From assembly GCA_963758635.1 (NCBI GenBank), contig CAVWWD010000003.1, positions 896,001-960,000 of the forward strand: a stretch of DNA of 64,000 bases, in the 5' to 3' direction. The notes beneath the pieces were generated by a model. The model was not told the origin of the DNA and did no database searches. It saw nothing but the letters and a program-made list of their open reading frames with translations. The position numbers and the translations under genes were made by a program. How positions within the stretch are numbered: the first letter of the stretch is position 1; each line of letters starts with the position of its first letter. Source of the DNA: an uncultured Candidatus Rokubacteria bacterium. Lineage in GTDB: Bacteria > Methylomirabilota > Methylomirabilia > Rokubacteriales > CSP1-6. Below, piece by piece: positions 38,702 through 47,841 of the stretch.

Positions 38702-39225
38702 CACGGTCCGTCGCCGCCATGGCGCTGGCGCTCGTCGTGAGCGCCATGGCGGTGGCGTCCGCCGCCGCGCCCGCGTTCGAGCTCAACACGTACGCCCCGC
38801 GGAAGGCCGCGCCCGCGTTCTCCCTGCCCAACCTCGACGGGCGCGGGGTGTCCCTGGAGAGCCTCCGGGGAAAGGTCGTCCTCCTCTTCTTCTGGGCCAC
38901 CTGGTGACCGACCTGCCGGAAGGAGTTGCCTTCCGTCAATCGGCTGCACACGGAGTTGAAGGATCGGGGGCTCGAGGTCGTGCTGGTGACGTTCCGGGAG
39001 TCGCCCGAGGTCGTGGCGCGGGCGGTGCGCGAGCGCGGCTACGTCGCCCCCGTGCTGATCGACGCGAGCGGCGACGTCACGGGCAGGCTCTACGGTGTCT
39101 TCGGCCCCCCCACCGCGTACCTGATCGACCGTAAGGGACAGCTCGTCGCGCGGATCGTCGGCGAGCGCGACTGGTCGACCCCGGAGGCGCGGGCCACGCT
39201 CTCGCGCCTGCTCGAGGAAAGGTAA
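38698..39225 (+). CDS. Exported TlpA/ResA-like thiol-disulfide oxidoreductase selenoprotein (UxxC); UGA codon 70 at 38905-38907
   Basis: Signal peptide; APAFSLPNLDG...RGKVVLLFFWATW-TGA-PTCRKELP in frame to YGVFGPPTAYLIDRKG and GERDW. Confidence 0.9.
38908..38943 (+). promoter_or_regulatory. Candidate bacterial SECIS hairpin 2
   Basis: CGGAAGG-AGTTG-CCTTCCG perfect 7-bp stem, loop 16 nt after the UGA, G at loop position 2; CCGA/TCGG lower pairing. Confidence 0.65.
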
Positions 39226-39235
39226 ACTGACCGCC

Positions 39236-39919
39236 GTGACCGACACGCTCTACCTGAAGCAGATGGAGCTGGGCCCGATGCAGAACTTCGTCTACCTCAT
39301 CGGCGACCCGGAGACCCGCGACTGCGTGGCCGTCGACCCGGCGTGGGACATCGACGCCGTGCTCGACGAGGTCGCCGCCGACGGCATGCGCCTGACCGGC
39401 GTGCTCGTGACCCACACGCATCAGGATCACGTGGGCGGCCACCTCTTCGGTCACGACATCCCCGGCATCGCCGAGCTGATGCAGCGGAGCCCGGCGAAGG
39501 TCTACGTCCACAAGGCGGAGCGCGAGTTCCTCAAGGGCTACGGCGGGGACGTCGTCAAGGTGGACGGCGGCGACACGCTCTCCGTCGGCCGGATCCCCGT
39601 GACGTTCCTGCACACGCCCGGGCACACCCCGGGGTCGCAGTGCTTCCTGGTGGACGGCCGGCTCATTTCGGGCGACACGCTGTTCATCCGCTCGTGCGGC
39701 CGCACGGACCTGCCGGGCAGCGATCCGTCGGAGATGTACCGCTCGCTCACCCAGCGGCTCGGGGTGCTGCCGGACGACACCGTGGTCTTTCCCGGCCACA
39801 ACTACGGCGGCGCCGCGACGACCATCGGCGACGAGAAGCGCGAGAACCCGATGATGCGCTTTCCGTCGATGGGCGACTTCCTTCGCGTCATGGGCGGCGG
39901 GCGCATCGTCCGGCCGTAG
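39236..39919 (+). CDS. MBL-fold metallo-hydrolase (glyoxalase II-like)
   Basis: THTHQDHVGG, TPGHTPGS, SGDTLF, GRTDLPG, PGHNYG. Confidence 0.92.
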   Translation: MTDTLYLKQMELGPMQNFVYLIGDPETRDCVAVDPAWDIDAVLDEVAADGMRLTGVLVTHTHQDHVGGHLFGHDIPGIAELMQRSPAKVYVHKAEREFLKGYGGDVVKVDGGDTLSVGRIPVTFLHTPGHTPGSQCFLVDGRLISGDTLFIRSCGRTDLPGSDPSEMYRSLTQRLGVLPDDTVVFPGHNYGGAATTIGDEKRENPMMRFPSMGDFLRVMGGGRIVRP

Positions 39920-39973
39920 CTCGCTTCCGCCGCCGCGCCTCGATCCCACGCTCGCGCGTCCTCAGTGATCCTC

Positions 39974-40040
39974 GCAGGATACGGTAACCGCCACGGGCCT
40001 CTACAATCCCACCGCTCGGCACTAGTCTGATGCGCGGGGC
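39974..40040 (-). repeat. Dispersed repeat family C, copy 2
   Basis: Reverse complement matches 25771-25838; directly follows the SDR stop. Confidence 0.85.
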
Positions 40041-40042
40041 TG

Positions 40043-40822
40043 TTAGAGCACGCTCGCGCCCCCGTCCACGTGGAGGACCTGTCCGGTGATGTAGTCCGGG
40101 CAGGTGGCGAAGAAGCAGACCGCCTCCGCCACGTCGTCCGGCCGGCCGTGACGGCCCATGGGCACGCGGGCGGCGAGCCGGCGCCCCATCCTCGAAGGGA
40201 AGCCCTCGGGCAGCAGCACGACCCCGGGCGCCACCGCGTTGACCTGGATCCGCGGCGCGAGCGCGGCGGCGAGGCCCCGCGTGAGCATCACCACGCCCGC
40301 CTTGGAGATGCCGTACGGGATGTAGCCCGGCCACGCGCGCGAGGCGCCCACGTCGGCGATGTTGACGATCCGCCCGCCGCGGCGCCGCATGATCCGGGCC
40401 GCGGCCTGGGCGCAGAAGAAGGCGCCGCGCACGTTCACCGCGATGGCGCGGTCGAACTGCGCCGGCGTCGTGGTGTCGAGCGGTGTGCGCTCGAACACCG
40501 CCGCGTTGTTGACGAGGAGGTCGAGGCGACCGAGGCGGCGCGCCGCCTCGGTCACCAGCCGGCGCGCCGCGGCGGCGTCGGCGAGGTCGGCGCGGAGCGC
40601 GAGCGCCCGCACGCCGAGGGCGGTGAGGTCGCGCACGGTGGCCCGCGCCGCTTTCGCCGAGGCGTGGTAGCCGATGGCGACGTCGCAGCCGTGGCGCGCG
40701 AGGCCGAGCGCGATGGCGCGGCCGACGCGCGCCGCGCCTCCCGTCACGAGCGCCGCCGTGCCGGTCAGCGCGCGCGCGCGCGGCCGCGCTCGGTTGACTT
40801 GCCCTGACCCCTGTGGTGTCAT
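40043..40822 (-). CDS. SDR oxidoreductase (pteridine reductase/FolM-like); start uncertain (ATG 40822 or CTG 40768)
   Basis: VTGGAARVG, LVNNA, YGISK (YxxxK), VNAVAPG, ITGQVLHVDGG. Confidence 0.85.
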   Translation of the reverse strand: MTPQGSGQVNRARPRARALTGTAALVTGGAARVGRAIALGLARHGCDVAIGYHASAKAARATVRDLTALGVRALALRADLADAAAARRLVTEAARRLGRLDLLVNNAAVFERTPLDTTTPAQFDRAIAVNVRGAFFCAQAAARIMRRRGGRIVNIADVGASRAWPGYIPYGISKAGVVMLTRGLAAALAPRIQVNAVAPGVVLLPEGFPSRMGRRLAARVPMGRHGRPDDVAEAVCFFATCPDYITGQVLHVDGGASVL

Positions 40823-40831
40823 CGGGCCGAC

Positions 40832-41443
40832 ATGCCGGGCCCGGTGAGCAACTGGCTGAAAGTTCGGTTCATCACCGGCTTCTTCGTGACCGTCCCCGCC
40901 GTTGCCACGTCGTGGCTCCTCTACGTGTTCTGGGACAACATCGACGGGTTCTTCTCGCCGATGTACGAGCGCATCTTCGGGCGGCGGATCCCCGGCCTCG
41001 GCTTCCTCACCGCGATGGTGGTCATCTTCGTCATGGGCACGATCGCGACCAACGTGGTGGGCCGGCGCATCCTGTCCCGGGTCGAGCGCCTGTTCGAGCA
41101 CCTGCCCGTGTTCCGGAGCATCTATCCGTCGATCAAGCAGCTCTTCGAGTCGTTCTCGCCGCAGAAGCGCACGTCGTTCAAGGAGGTCGTGCTCGCCGAG
41201 CACCCGCGCAAGGGCGAGTTCGTGTTCGGCTTCGTGACCTCGGAGCTGCTCCTCGACGGGCCCGACGGCAAGCTCGACATGGTCACGGTATTCGTGCCCA
41301 CCAACAACCTCTACCTGGGCGACGTGATCGTGCTGCCCCGGGGGGAGACCGTGACCACGGGGCTGACCGTCGAGGAAGGCATCCGCGTCATCCTGTCCGC
41401 CGGCACCGCCACGCCGCGGCGGCTGCCGCGCCGGCGCGCCTGA
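40832..41443 (+). CDS. DUF502 membrane protein
   Basis: RFITGFFV.VP, IPGLG, P.FRSIY.SIKQL, VFVPT. Confidence 0.85.
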   Translation: MPGPVSNWLKVRFITGFFVTVPAVATSWLLYVFWDNIDGFFSPMYERIFGRRIPGLGFLTAMVVIFVMGTIATNVVGRRILSRVERLFEHLPVFRSIYPSIKQLFESFSPQKRTSFKEVVLAEHPRKGEFVFGFVTSELLLDGPDGKLDMVTVFVPTNNLYLGDVIVLPRGETVTTGLTVEEGIRVILSAGTATPRRLPRRRA

Positions 41444-41465
41444 CGCCGGCGGTCGTCCGCCTCCG

Positions 41466-42105
41466 TCACGCCACCGCGCCGATCACGTTCCGGCACCACG
41501 TCTCCACCGCCGCGCCCAGCGGGAACAGCTTGCCGAAGAAGAAGTGGTCGGCGCCCTCGATCACCGTGACGGTCGCGGCGGGCATGCGTCGGCCCAGGTC
41601 CTCGAGCGCGTCGACCGGACAGTACTGGTCTCGGGAGCCCGCCACGACGAGGGTGGGGTGGACGGCCGGCGCCGCGCTCACGTCGAGCATCGAGAGCGGC
41701 GGCGCGACCAGGCACAGCCCGGCCAGCGCGGCCGGGTCCTCGCCGGCGACCCGCGCGGAGATCCACGCCCCGAACGAGTAGCCGGCCAGCGCGATCCGAC
41801 GCTCCGCGCCGACCCGAGCGGCGAGGCCAGCGAGGGCCGCCCGGACGTCCGCCTGTTCCGCGCCCTTGCCGTCACGGGGTCCGGTCGATGCCCCGACCCC
41901 CCGGAAATTGAAGCGCAGCGTGGCCAGGCCCAGCCCCCAGGCTACCTCGGCGCACCGGATCACGACGGGGTTGTCCATGTCGCCCCCGTACAGCGGGTGC
42001 GGATGGCAGACCACGAGCCCGCCGGCGGGCGATGCGGGGAGCGCCGATCCTCGCCTCGAGGCGCGGCCCTCCGGGAACGTCCACGGTCAGGGGAGCTTCG
42101 TCCAC
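41466..42105 (-). CDS. Alpha/beta hydrolase; frameshift near 42040
   Basis: CHPHPLYGGDMDN, RFNFRGVG, GYSFG, GADHFF. Confidence 0.85.
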
Positions 42106-42138
42106 GGGTGGTCCGTCCTTGCTCGCTGCGGCGCGGCG

Positions 42139-42164
42139 GGAATAATCCCGTCCGGCTGGCCGTC
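42139..42164 (+). promoter_or_regulatory. Possible ECF-sigma promoter GGAAT-N17-CGTC
   Basis: Lies 28 nt before the anti-sigma gene start (GGAGG RBS). Confidence 0.35.
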
Positions 42165-42191
42165 AGAGGGTTCGGAGGTATACTTCACGCG

Positions 42192-42701
42192 ATGTTCGGG
42201 CTCGGCTGTTCCTGGTATCGATCCCGCCTCGAAGCGCAGGCCAGCGGACGACTCGAGGGCCGCGCCGCGGTCGGCCTCAGCCGCCATCTCGGTCGCTGCG
42301 AGGCCTGCCGGCGTACGGTCGAGGCGTTCGCCCGCATGCGCTCCCTGGTGCGAAGCGCGGCGGCGGCGCCCGGCCCGTCCGACTGGACCGGGTTCTGGCC
42401 GGCGGTGCGCGTCCGCATCGAGACCGAGGCGCCACGGCCCATCCGCGACTCGTGGTGGCTGCCCTTCTGGAAGCCGATCTGGGGGCACCCTCGGCTCGCC
42501 ACCTCGGCGGCGATGGCCGCCGCGCTCCTGATGGTGATCTCGCTGCAGCCCGTGGGCAACGACGGGTCGGCCATGCCGGTGACGGTCCACGACGTGACGG
42601 CCAGCGATCCGCGGGGCAGCGTCATGGTGTACTCCAGCCAGGACGCTACCGTGATCTGGATGTTCGCCGCCGATACCAGCGGCGCCGGCACCGACGACTG
42701 A
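42192..42701 (+). CDS. Zinc-binding anti-sigma factor-like membrane protein (zf-HC2)
   Basis: C...HLGRCEAC (HxxxCxxC), one TM helix, short C-terminal domain. Confidence 0.7.
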   Translation: MFGLGCSWYRSRLEAQASGRLEGRAAVGLSRHLGRCEACRRTVEAFARMRSLVRSAAAAPGPSDWTGFWPAVRVRIETEAPRPIRDSWWLPFWKPIWGHPRLATSAAMAAALLMVISLQPVGNDGSAMPVTVHDVTASDPRGSVMVYSSQDATVIWMFAADTSGAGTDD

Positions 42702-42845
42702 TCGCCCCGCCTCCTCACGACCCTGACGGGTTCGCCAGCTTTTCCTTCGGCCTGGATGTTCGCCGCCGATACGAGCAGTGCGGCCGGCGACGGCTGATTG
42801 GCGTCCCGGCGTCCTCATGACCCTGACGGGTTCGCCAGCTTTTCT
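42656..42845. repeat. About 95-nt diverged tandem duplication across a convergent gene junction
   Basis: CTGGATGTTCGCCGCCGATAC and GACCCTGACGGGTTCGCCAGCTTTTC each occur twice. Confidence 0.85.
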
Positions 42846-43676
42846 CTCGCCAGCGGCGCTTCCTGCGGACTGGGGGAAGTGCTCGATCAGGTATCGCAGC
42901 CGCGCCTCCGCGAGGCGCGGCTGCTTGAGCTCGATCAGAGCCAGGGCCTCCTTGTAGAGGGCCGTCGGCACCCGCTCACCTCTCGGATAGTTCACGACGA
43001 CACGCCGGAACTCCTGAACGGACTGCTCGAGGTGACGCGTCGCCTCGTCCCGGCGGCCAGCGTCGGAGCTGGCTCGCGCCATCCCGAAGTACGCCTCGCC
43101 CACCGAGTACTGGGCCTTGTCGGCGAGCGGGGAATCCGGGAACCTGCGCACGAACTCCCGGAAACCGGAGATGGCGAGCGGATAGTTGCCCTTGGTCAGG
43201 TCGAGCGACGCGGCCTGGAAGGCCTGCTCGGCGCTGGTTCCGTCCGCCGCCCCCCGCGGCGCGGCGGGGGCGATCGGGGGCGTGGGCGCCGTGGGCTGGC
43301 CGGCGGGCGCGCTTCCACGAGCGGCCACCTGACGGCTCAGCGCGTCCAGGCGCCCCGACACGTCCTCGAGCCGGGCCGACACCCGGCCGAGCTCGGCGGC
43401 GATGTTGTCGAGCCGGGTCGACAGCGCGTTGACCTGTCGCGCCGTCTCCGCCGACTCCGTCCGTGTGCGGCGATCGGTCTGGCCGACCGACGTCTCCGTC
43501 TCGGCCCGGCTCCGGTGCACCGCGAGCGTGAGGGCGTTCAGGTCCTTGCGGAGCTGGGCCACGTCCTGGGGCAGGCTCTCGTCGCCGGTGGCGCAGCCGC
43601 CGGCCATGGCCGCCGTCGCGAGGAGCCCGAAAACGACGAAGGGGAGCCCGAGGCTCCCCTTCGGGTGCTGCCGCAC
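42815..43676 (-). CDS. cpoB: Tol-Pal protein CpoB/YbgF; frameshift near 42865
   Basis: Lipobox-like AGGC, coiled coil, TPRs (F..FV.RFPDSPLADKAQY, VPTALYK); downstream of pal. Confidence 0.85.
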
Positions 43677-43690
43677 CGCGGGCGCTCGAC

Positions 43691-44288
43691 TTAGCGTGCC
43701 TTCACCAGGAAGTGGGCGTGCCGGTTGCGCTGCCAGCAACTCTCGCTCTTCTCGGTGCACACCGGGCGCTCCTCGCCGTAGGAGATGATCGTGATGCGAT
43801 TGGCCTGGACGCCCTGGGTCACCAGGTAGTTCATCGTCGCCTTCGCCCGGCGCTCGCCGAGCGCCAGGTTGTACTCGTTCGTGCCGCGCTCGTCACAGTG
43901 TCCCTCGATCAGGACCAGCATGGTGCCGTTCGACTTGAGCCAGCTCGAGTTGTCGTCGAGGATCTTCGCGTCGCTCGGACGGATGTCGTACTTATCGAAG
44001 TCGAAGTACACGTCCTTGAGCGCCGTGTTCTCCGCGAACTCGCTGGGCGCGGGCGGCGTCGCGGGCGCGGCGGTCGCCGGCGCGGGCGGCGGGGGCCGGC
44101 GCGGGGGCGGAGGCCGACGGCGTCGACGGTGAGGCGGCCGCAGGGGCGCTCGGGGCCATCGCGGCGGGGGCCGCGGGAGCCGGTGCGGATGCCGCCGTCG
44201 TGGCGGGCCGCTTCGGGCACCCCACCAGGAACAGCGCGGCGATGAGCAGGGGCATCACCAGGAGCGAGCTACCGCGTCCGTGCCGCAT
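43691..44288 (-). CDS. pal: Peptidoglycan-associated lipoprotein Pal; frameshift in the Pro/Ala linker near 44090
   Basis: Lipobox LVGC; VYFDFDKY, IEGHCDERGTNEYNLALGERRA, SYGEERP. Confidence 0.93.
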
Positions 44289-44396
44289 AGCCTCACATCC
44301 TCCTTGTGAACAACCGTTGGAGCCCGACCGGGCCATCGAAAGAGCGTCCCGCCGCGGGATCGCCGATGTCCTCGCTAACTTTTCGCCGAGAGTCTA

Positions 44397-45737
44397 TCAC
44401 GGAAGCCGCGGGGACCAAGCGGGACTTGCCGCGTCTCCCGCGCCGCGCGGCACCGCGTGCTGCTCGGAGCCGTCGGCGAGCATCGTGAAGAGCCCGATGC
44501 CGCGCCCGCGCGTGGACTGGAACACGAGGTGACGGCCGTTCGGCGACCAGGACGCGCTCTCGTTGTCGCCGGGCCCCGCGGTGAGCCGCCGCGCACCGCT
44601 GCCGTCCGGGCCCACCGCCCACAGGTCGTGATTGCCCTGCCGCGAGGTGTAGACGATCGCGTCGCCCTTGGGCGACCAGCGCGGCTGGGTGTTGAAGCCG
44701 CCCTGGGTGATGCGCCGGACGTTCGTGCCCTCCGCGTCCATCACGTAGACCTGTGCCGCGCCGCTGCGATCCGACACGAAGGCGATCTCGCGGCCCGTGG
44801 GCGACCACGACGGCTCGGTATCGATCCCCGGATGCGTGGTCACCCGGCGGAACGTACCGGCGGCCACGTTCAGGACGTAGACCTCCGGGTTGCCGTCCTT
44901 CGACAGGGTGAGGGCCACCGATCGCCCATCCGGGCTCCACGCGGGCGAGCTGTTGATGCCGAGGTGGCCGGCGAGGAGCTGCACGGGGCGGCGCTCGAAC
45001 GGGAACATGCGGTAGAGGTACGGATAGCCGCGCATGAACGACGTGAACGCGAGCGAGCGCGTGTCGGGGCTCCACGCCGGCGACATGTTGATCGACTGGT
45101 TCGCGGTGAGGGCGGCCACGCCCACCCCGTCGTAGTCCATGAGCTGGAGCTCGCGCACGCCGCGCTGCGGGGTGATGAACGCGATCTTGGTGTCGGCGAT
45201 GCCGGCCTCGCCCGTGAACTGGAGCACCACCTCGTCGGCGATGCGGTGGGCGAGCCGCCGGGACTCGGCCGGCGGCACCGCGAACGTCTTGGTCGCGATC
45301 TGGCGCTGCTCGGGCGACGTGAGGTCGTAGAGGCGCATCTCCGCCTCCGCGCGGTCCGCGCCCGCCCGCACCACCCCGTGGAGCGCGGCGTGCGCGCCCG
45401 CCGCGGCGGCGTCGGCCCACGCCTTGCGGAGCGCCTCGGCGTCGCCGGGCGGCGGCGCGGGGGCCCCCGCCACCACGTTGAAGAGCGCGGAGAACGTGAG
45501 GTCCTTGCCCGCGACCTCGGAGAGCCGGCGGCCCAGGGTGGGATCGGCGGCGGCGCCCGTGACCGCGAACTCCGGCACGAAGATGTTCAGCCGCTGGGCG
45601 CCGCTGCGCATCACGTTCAGGAACACGTCGGCGCCCTGCGATCGCGCGGGGGGCGCGCCGGTGAGGACGAGCCCCGCCGTCACCACGAGCACGGCGGCGA
45701 GCAGGGCCAGGAATCCGCGGAAGGGGCTCATCGGCAT
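44397..45737 (-). CDS. tolB: Tol-Pal beta-propeller protein TolB
   Basis: LAHRIADEV, TKIAF, MDYDG, repeated P.WSPDG blades. Confidence 0.93.
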   Translation of the reverse strand: MPMSPFRGFLALLAAVLVVTAGLVLTGAPPARSQGADVFLNVMRSGAQRLNIFVPEFAVTGAAADPTLGRRLSEVAGKDLTFSALFNVVAGAPAPPPGDAEALRKAWADAAAAGAHAALHGVVRAGADRAEAEMRLYDLTSPEQRQIATKTFAVPPAESRRLAHRIADEVVLQFTGEAGIADTKIAFITPQRGVRELQLMDYDGVGVAALTANQSINMSPAWSPDTRSLAFTSFMRGYPYLYRMFPFERRPVQLLAGHLGINSSPAWSPDGRSVALTLSKDGNPEVYVLNVAAGTFRRVTTHPGIDTEPSWSPTGREIAFVSDRSGAAQVYVMDAEGTNVRRITQGGFNTQPRWSPKGDAIVYTSRQGNHDLWAVGPDGSGARRLTAGPGDNESASWSPNGRHLVFQSTRGRGIGLFTMLADGSEQHAVPRGAGDAASPAWSPRLP

Positions 45738-46629
45738 CAGCCTCGCTCGGGTCGGAGCTCGAAACGGAACATCACGCGCAGCGATGCGCGGCTCCAGTCC
45801 TGGGGAAGGGGCGGGAATGGGCTGGCGTCGGCGATGGCCCGCAGCGCGGCCTGATCGTAGAACGTGTTGCCCGACGTCTTCTCGATCCTCGGCGGCCGGA
45901 TCGACCCGTCCCGCTGGATCTCGACCATGATGAACGGCTTCTGGGCCGGCGCCTGCGTCGGCCCCTGGCGCTGCCACTGGTCCTCGACCTTCTGGAGCAC
46001 CTGCCGCAGGTACCACGCGTACGGGAAGTCCGAGACGTCGAGGGCGAGGGTCCCCACGCCGGTCACCGACCCCGTGGCCAGGCCGGCGGGCGGAGGCGGG
46101 GCGGGCCGCGCCTCCACCGGATCGCCTGCGCGCGAGGCGGTGGGAGGCGGCGCGGGCCGTGGTTGCCGATCGGCGGGGCTGGACAGCGGCGGCGCCTCCT
46201 TGTCCCCGGGCCGGGGCAGGGCCACCGGCCGCGACGGCAGCTGCGGGAGCGCCGGCGGGCTGTTCGGAAGCTGGACCGGCTCGCGCGCCCGCGCCTCGCG
46301 GGGCGCCGGCTCGGGAAGCTTGACCTCCCGCGTGGGCGGCACGACGGTCGGACGAGTCGGCAGGGGCGGACGCGACTCGCCCCGGGGCGTGCCGACGGCG
46401 GCCACCGCGGGCACGAGGTTCACCACGTAGGTCTTCGAGGTCTCCCAGCCGCTCCACACCACCAGCGCGGCGAGGCCGCCGAGCAGCGACGACGTGGCCG
46501 ATGGCCGAGATGGTCAGCGCGGCCACGGGCACGCGGGGGCGCGTGAGGGCGAGGCTCGGGCGCCGGGGCGACCACGAGAGGGAGCCCGCGCGCGGGCGCG
46601 GGATAGCTCTCCGCGCCGAGGGCGCTCAG
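45737..46629 (-). CDS. TolA/TonB-family energy transducer; N-terminus frameshifted, start approximate
   Basis: TM with S...H (SAIGHV), Pro-rich linker, C-terminal IQRDG..SGN..YDQAALRAI..ASPFPPLP. Confidence 0.78.
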
Positions 46630-47064
46630 CGTTCCCTCGTGGGCTCGGTGACCATGCCGAGCTTTTCCACGCCGGCCCTGCGGATCCGGTCCATGGTCTC
46701 GACCACGAACCCGTACTGGAGCGCCTGGTCGGCCTTCAAGTAGAGCGTCTTGTCGGTCCGGTCCTTCATGGTCTCGCGCAGCCGCCCGTCGAGCCCCGAC
46801 ATGGGCACCGGCTTGTCGTTCAGGAAGACGGTCTGGTCCTTCGTCAGGGTCAGCACCAGGCGCTCCTCGGTGGCGGTGGGGCGGCCGGTGCTCTTGCGGC
46901 AGGTTCACGTCGATCCCGCGATGCATCAGGGGCGCGGTCAGCATGAAGATCAGGAGGAGGACGAGGATCACGTCCACCAGCGGGATGATGTTGATCTCCG
47001 AGAGCGTGGGTCCGATCCGGTACGCCCCGCCGCTTCCCTCCGACGACTCGAGCCTAAACGCCAT
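46626..47064 (-). CDS. tolR: TolR/ExbD protein; frameshift near 46895
   Basis: EINIIPLVDVILVLLLIFM.TAP; YLKADQALQYG.V. Confidence 0.88.
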
Positions 47065-47791
47065 CTTTCACCCGCGCGGCCTTCGGGGCCGGCCGCGCGA
47101 AGAGGTTGAGCAGGTCGAGGGCGAAGCCTTCCATCTCCGTGGCCCAGTGCTTCACGCGGTTGACGAAGAAGTTGTACGCCATGACGGCGGGAATGGCCGC
47201 GCCCAGGCCGGCCGCCGTCGCGATGAGCGCCTCCGAGATGCCCGGAGCCACCACGGCGAGGCTCGCCGAGCCCTGCTGCCCGATGCCGTGGAAGGCGGCC
47301 ATGACGCCCCACACCGTGCCGAAGAGGCCGATGAAGGGCGCGGCGCTGGCCGTGGTGGCGAGGAAGGGCAGGAACCGCTCCATGCGGGAGACCTCGCCCG
47401 CCGCGGCGCGTCGCATCGCGCGATTCACCGCGTCCACGCGCTCGGGCCCGAGGCCGTCCTCCGCCTCGTCGAGGGCGTGGTCGATCATGTCCGCGCCCCC
47501 GAGCGCGCCGCCCGCCTCCTGGCAGCCCGCGACGTAGAGCTGGGCGAGGGGACTGTCGCGGTACTTCTTGGCCGCGGCGAAAACGGCCGAGAACCGCCGG
47601 CCTTCGCGGAAGACCTTGAGGAACCGCACCGACTCCCGGCGGATCTTCCTGAACTGCCACCACTTCTCGACCATCAGCGCCCAGCAGACGACGGAGAGGA
47701 CGCAGAGCACCAACAGGACGACCTTCGCCATCGGGCCCGCGTTGAGGACGAGCTCGAACACGCTCGAGTCGAGGGATCCGCTGCCTTGCAC
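47054..47791 (-). CDS. tolQ: TolQ (MotA/TolQ/ExbB) proton channel
   Basis: APFIGLFGTVWG, VAPGISEALIATAAGL.AAIPA; AAGGAG RBS before GTG. Confidence 0.93.
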   Translation of the reverse strand: MQGSGSLDSSVFELVLNAGPMAKVVLLVLCVLSVVCWALMVEKWWQFRKIRRESVRFLKVFREGRRFSAVFAAAKKYRDSPLAQLYVAGCQEAGGALGGADMIDHALDEAEDGLGPERVDAVNRAMRRAAAGEVSRMERFLPFLATTASAAPFIGLFGTVWGVMAAFHGIGQQGSASLAVVAPGISEALIATAAGLGAAIPAVMAYNFFVNRVKHWATEMEGFALDLLNLFARPAPKAARVKDGV

Positions 47792-47841
47792 TCGGAGCTC
47801 CTTATCGCGTGGCTCGGGGACGAACCGGGAATTGCTTCCGA

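Noticed and set aside
38357..38907. The two TGAs as nonsense mutations, or as genome-wide UGA=Trp/Gly recoding
   Set aside because: Both fall exactly on catalytic Cys positions in adjacent genes and have downstream hairpins. TGA is the ordinary stop of many genes here, and Trp is encoded by TGG, including the codon just before TGA 38905.
39974..40040. Family C repeat as an IS3 transposase C-terminal remnant (GLYNPTARH)
   Set aside because: The resemblance is only a few residues and is not maintained in the other copy.
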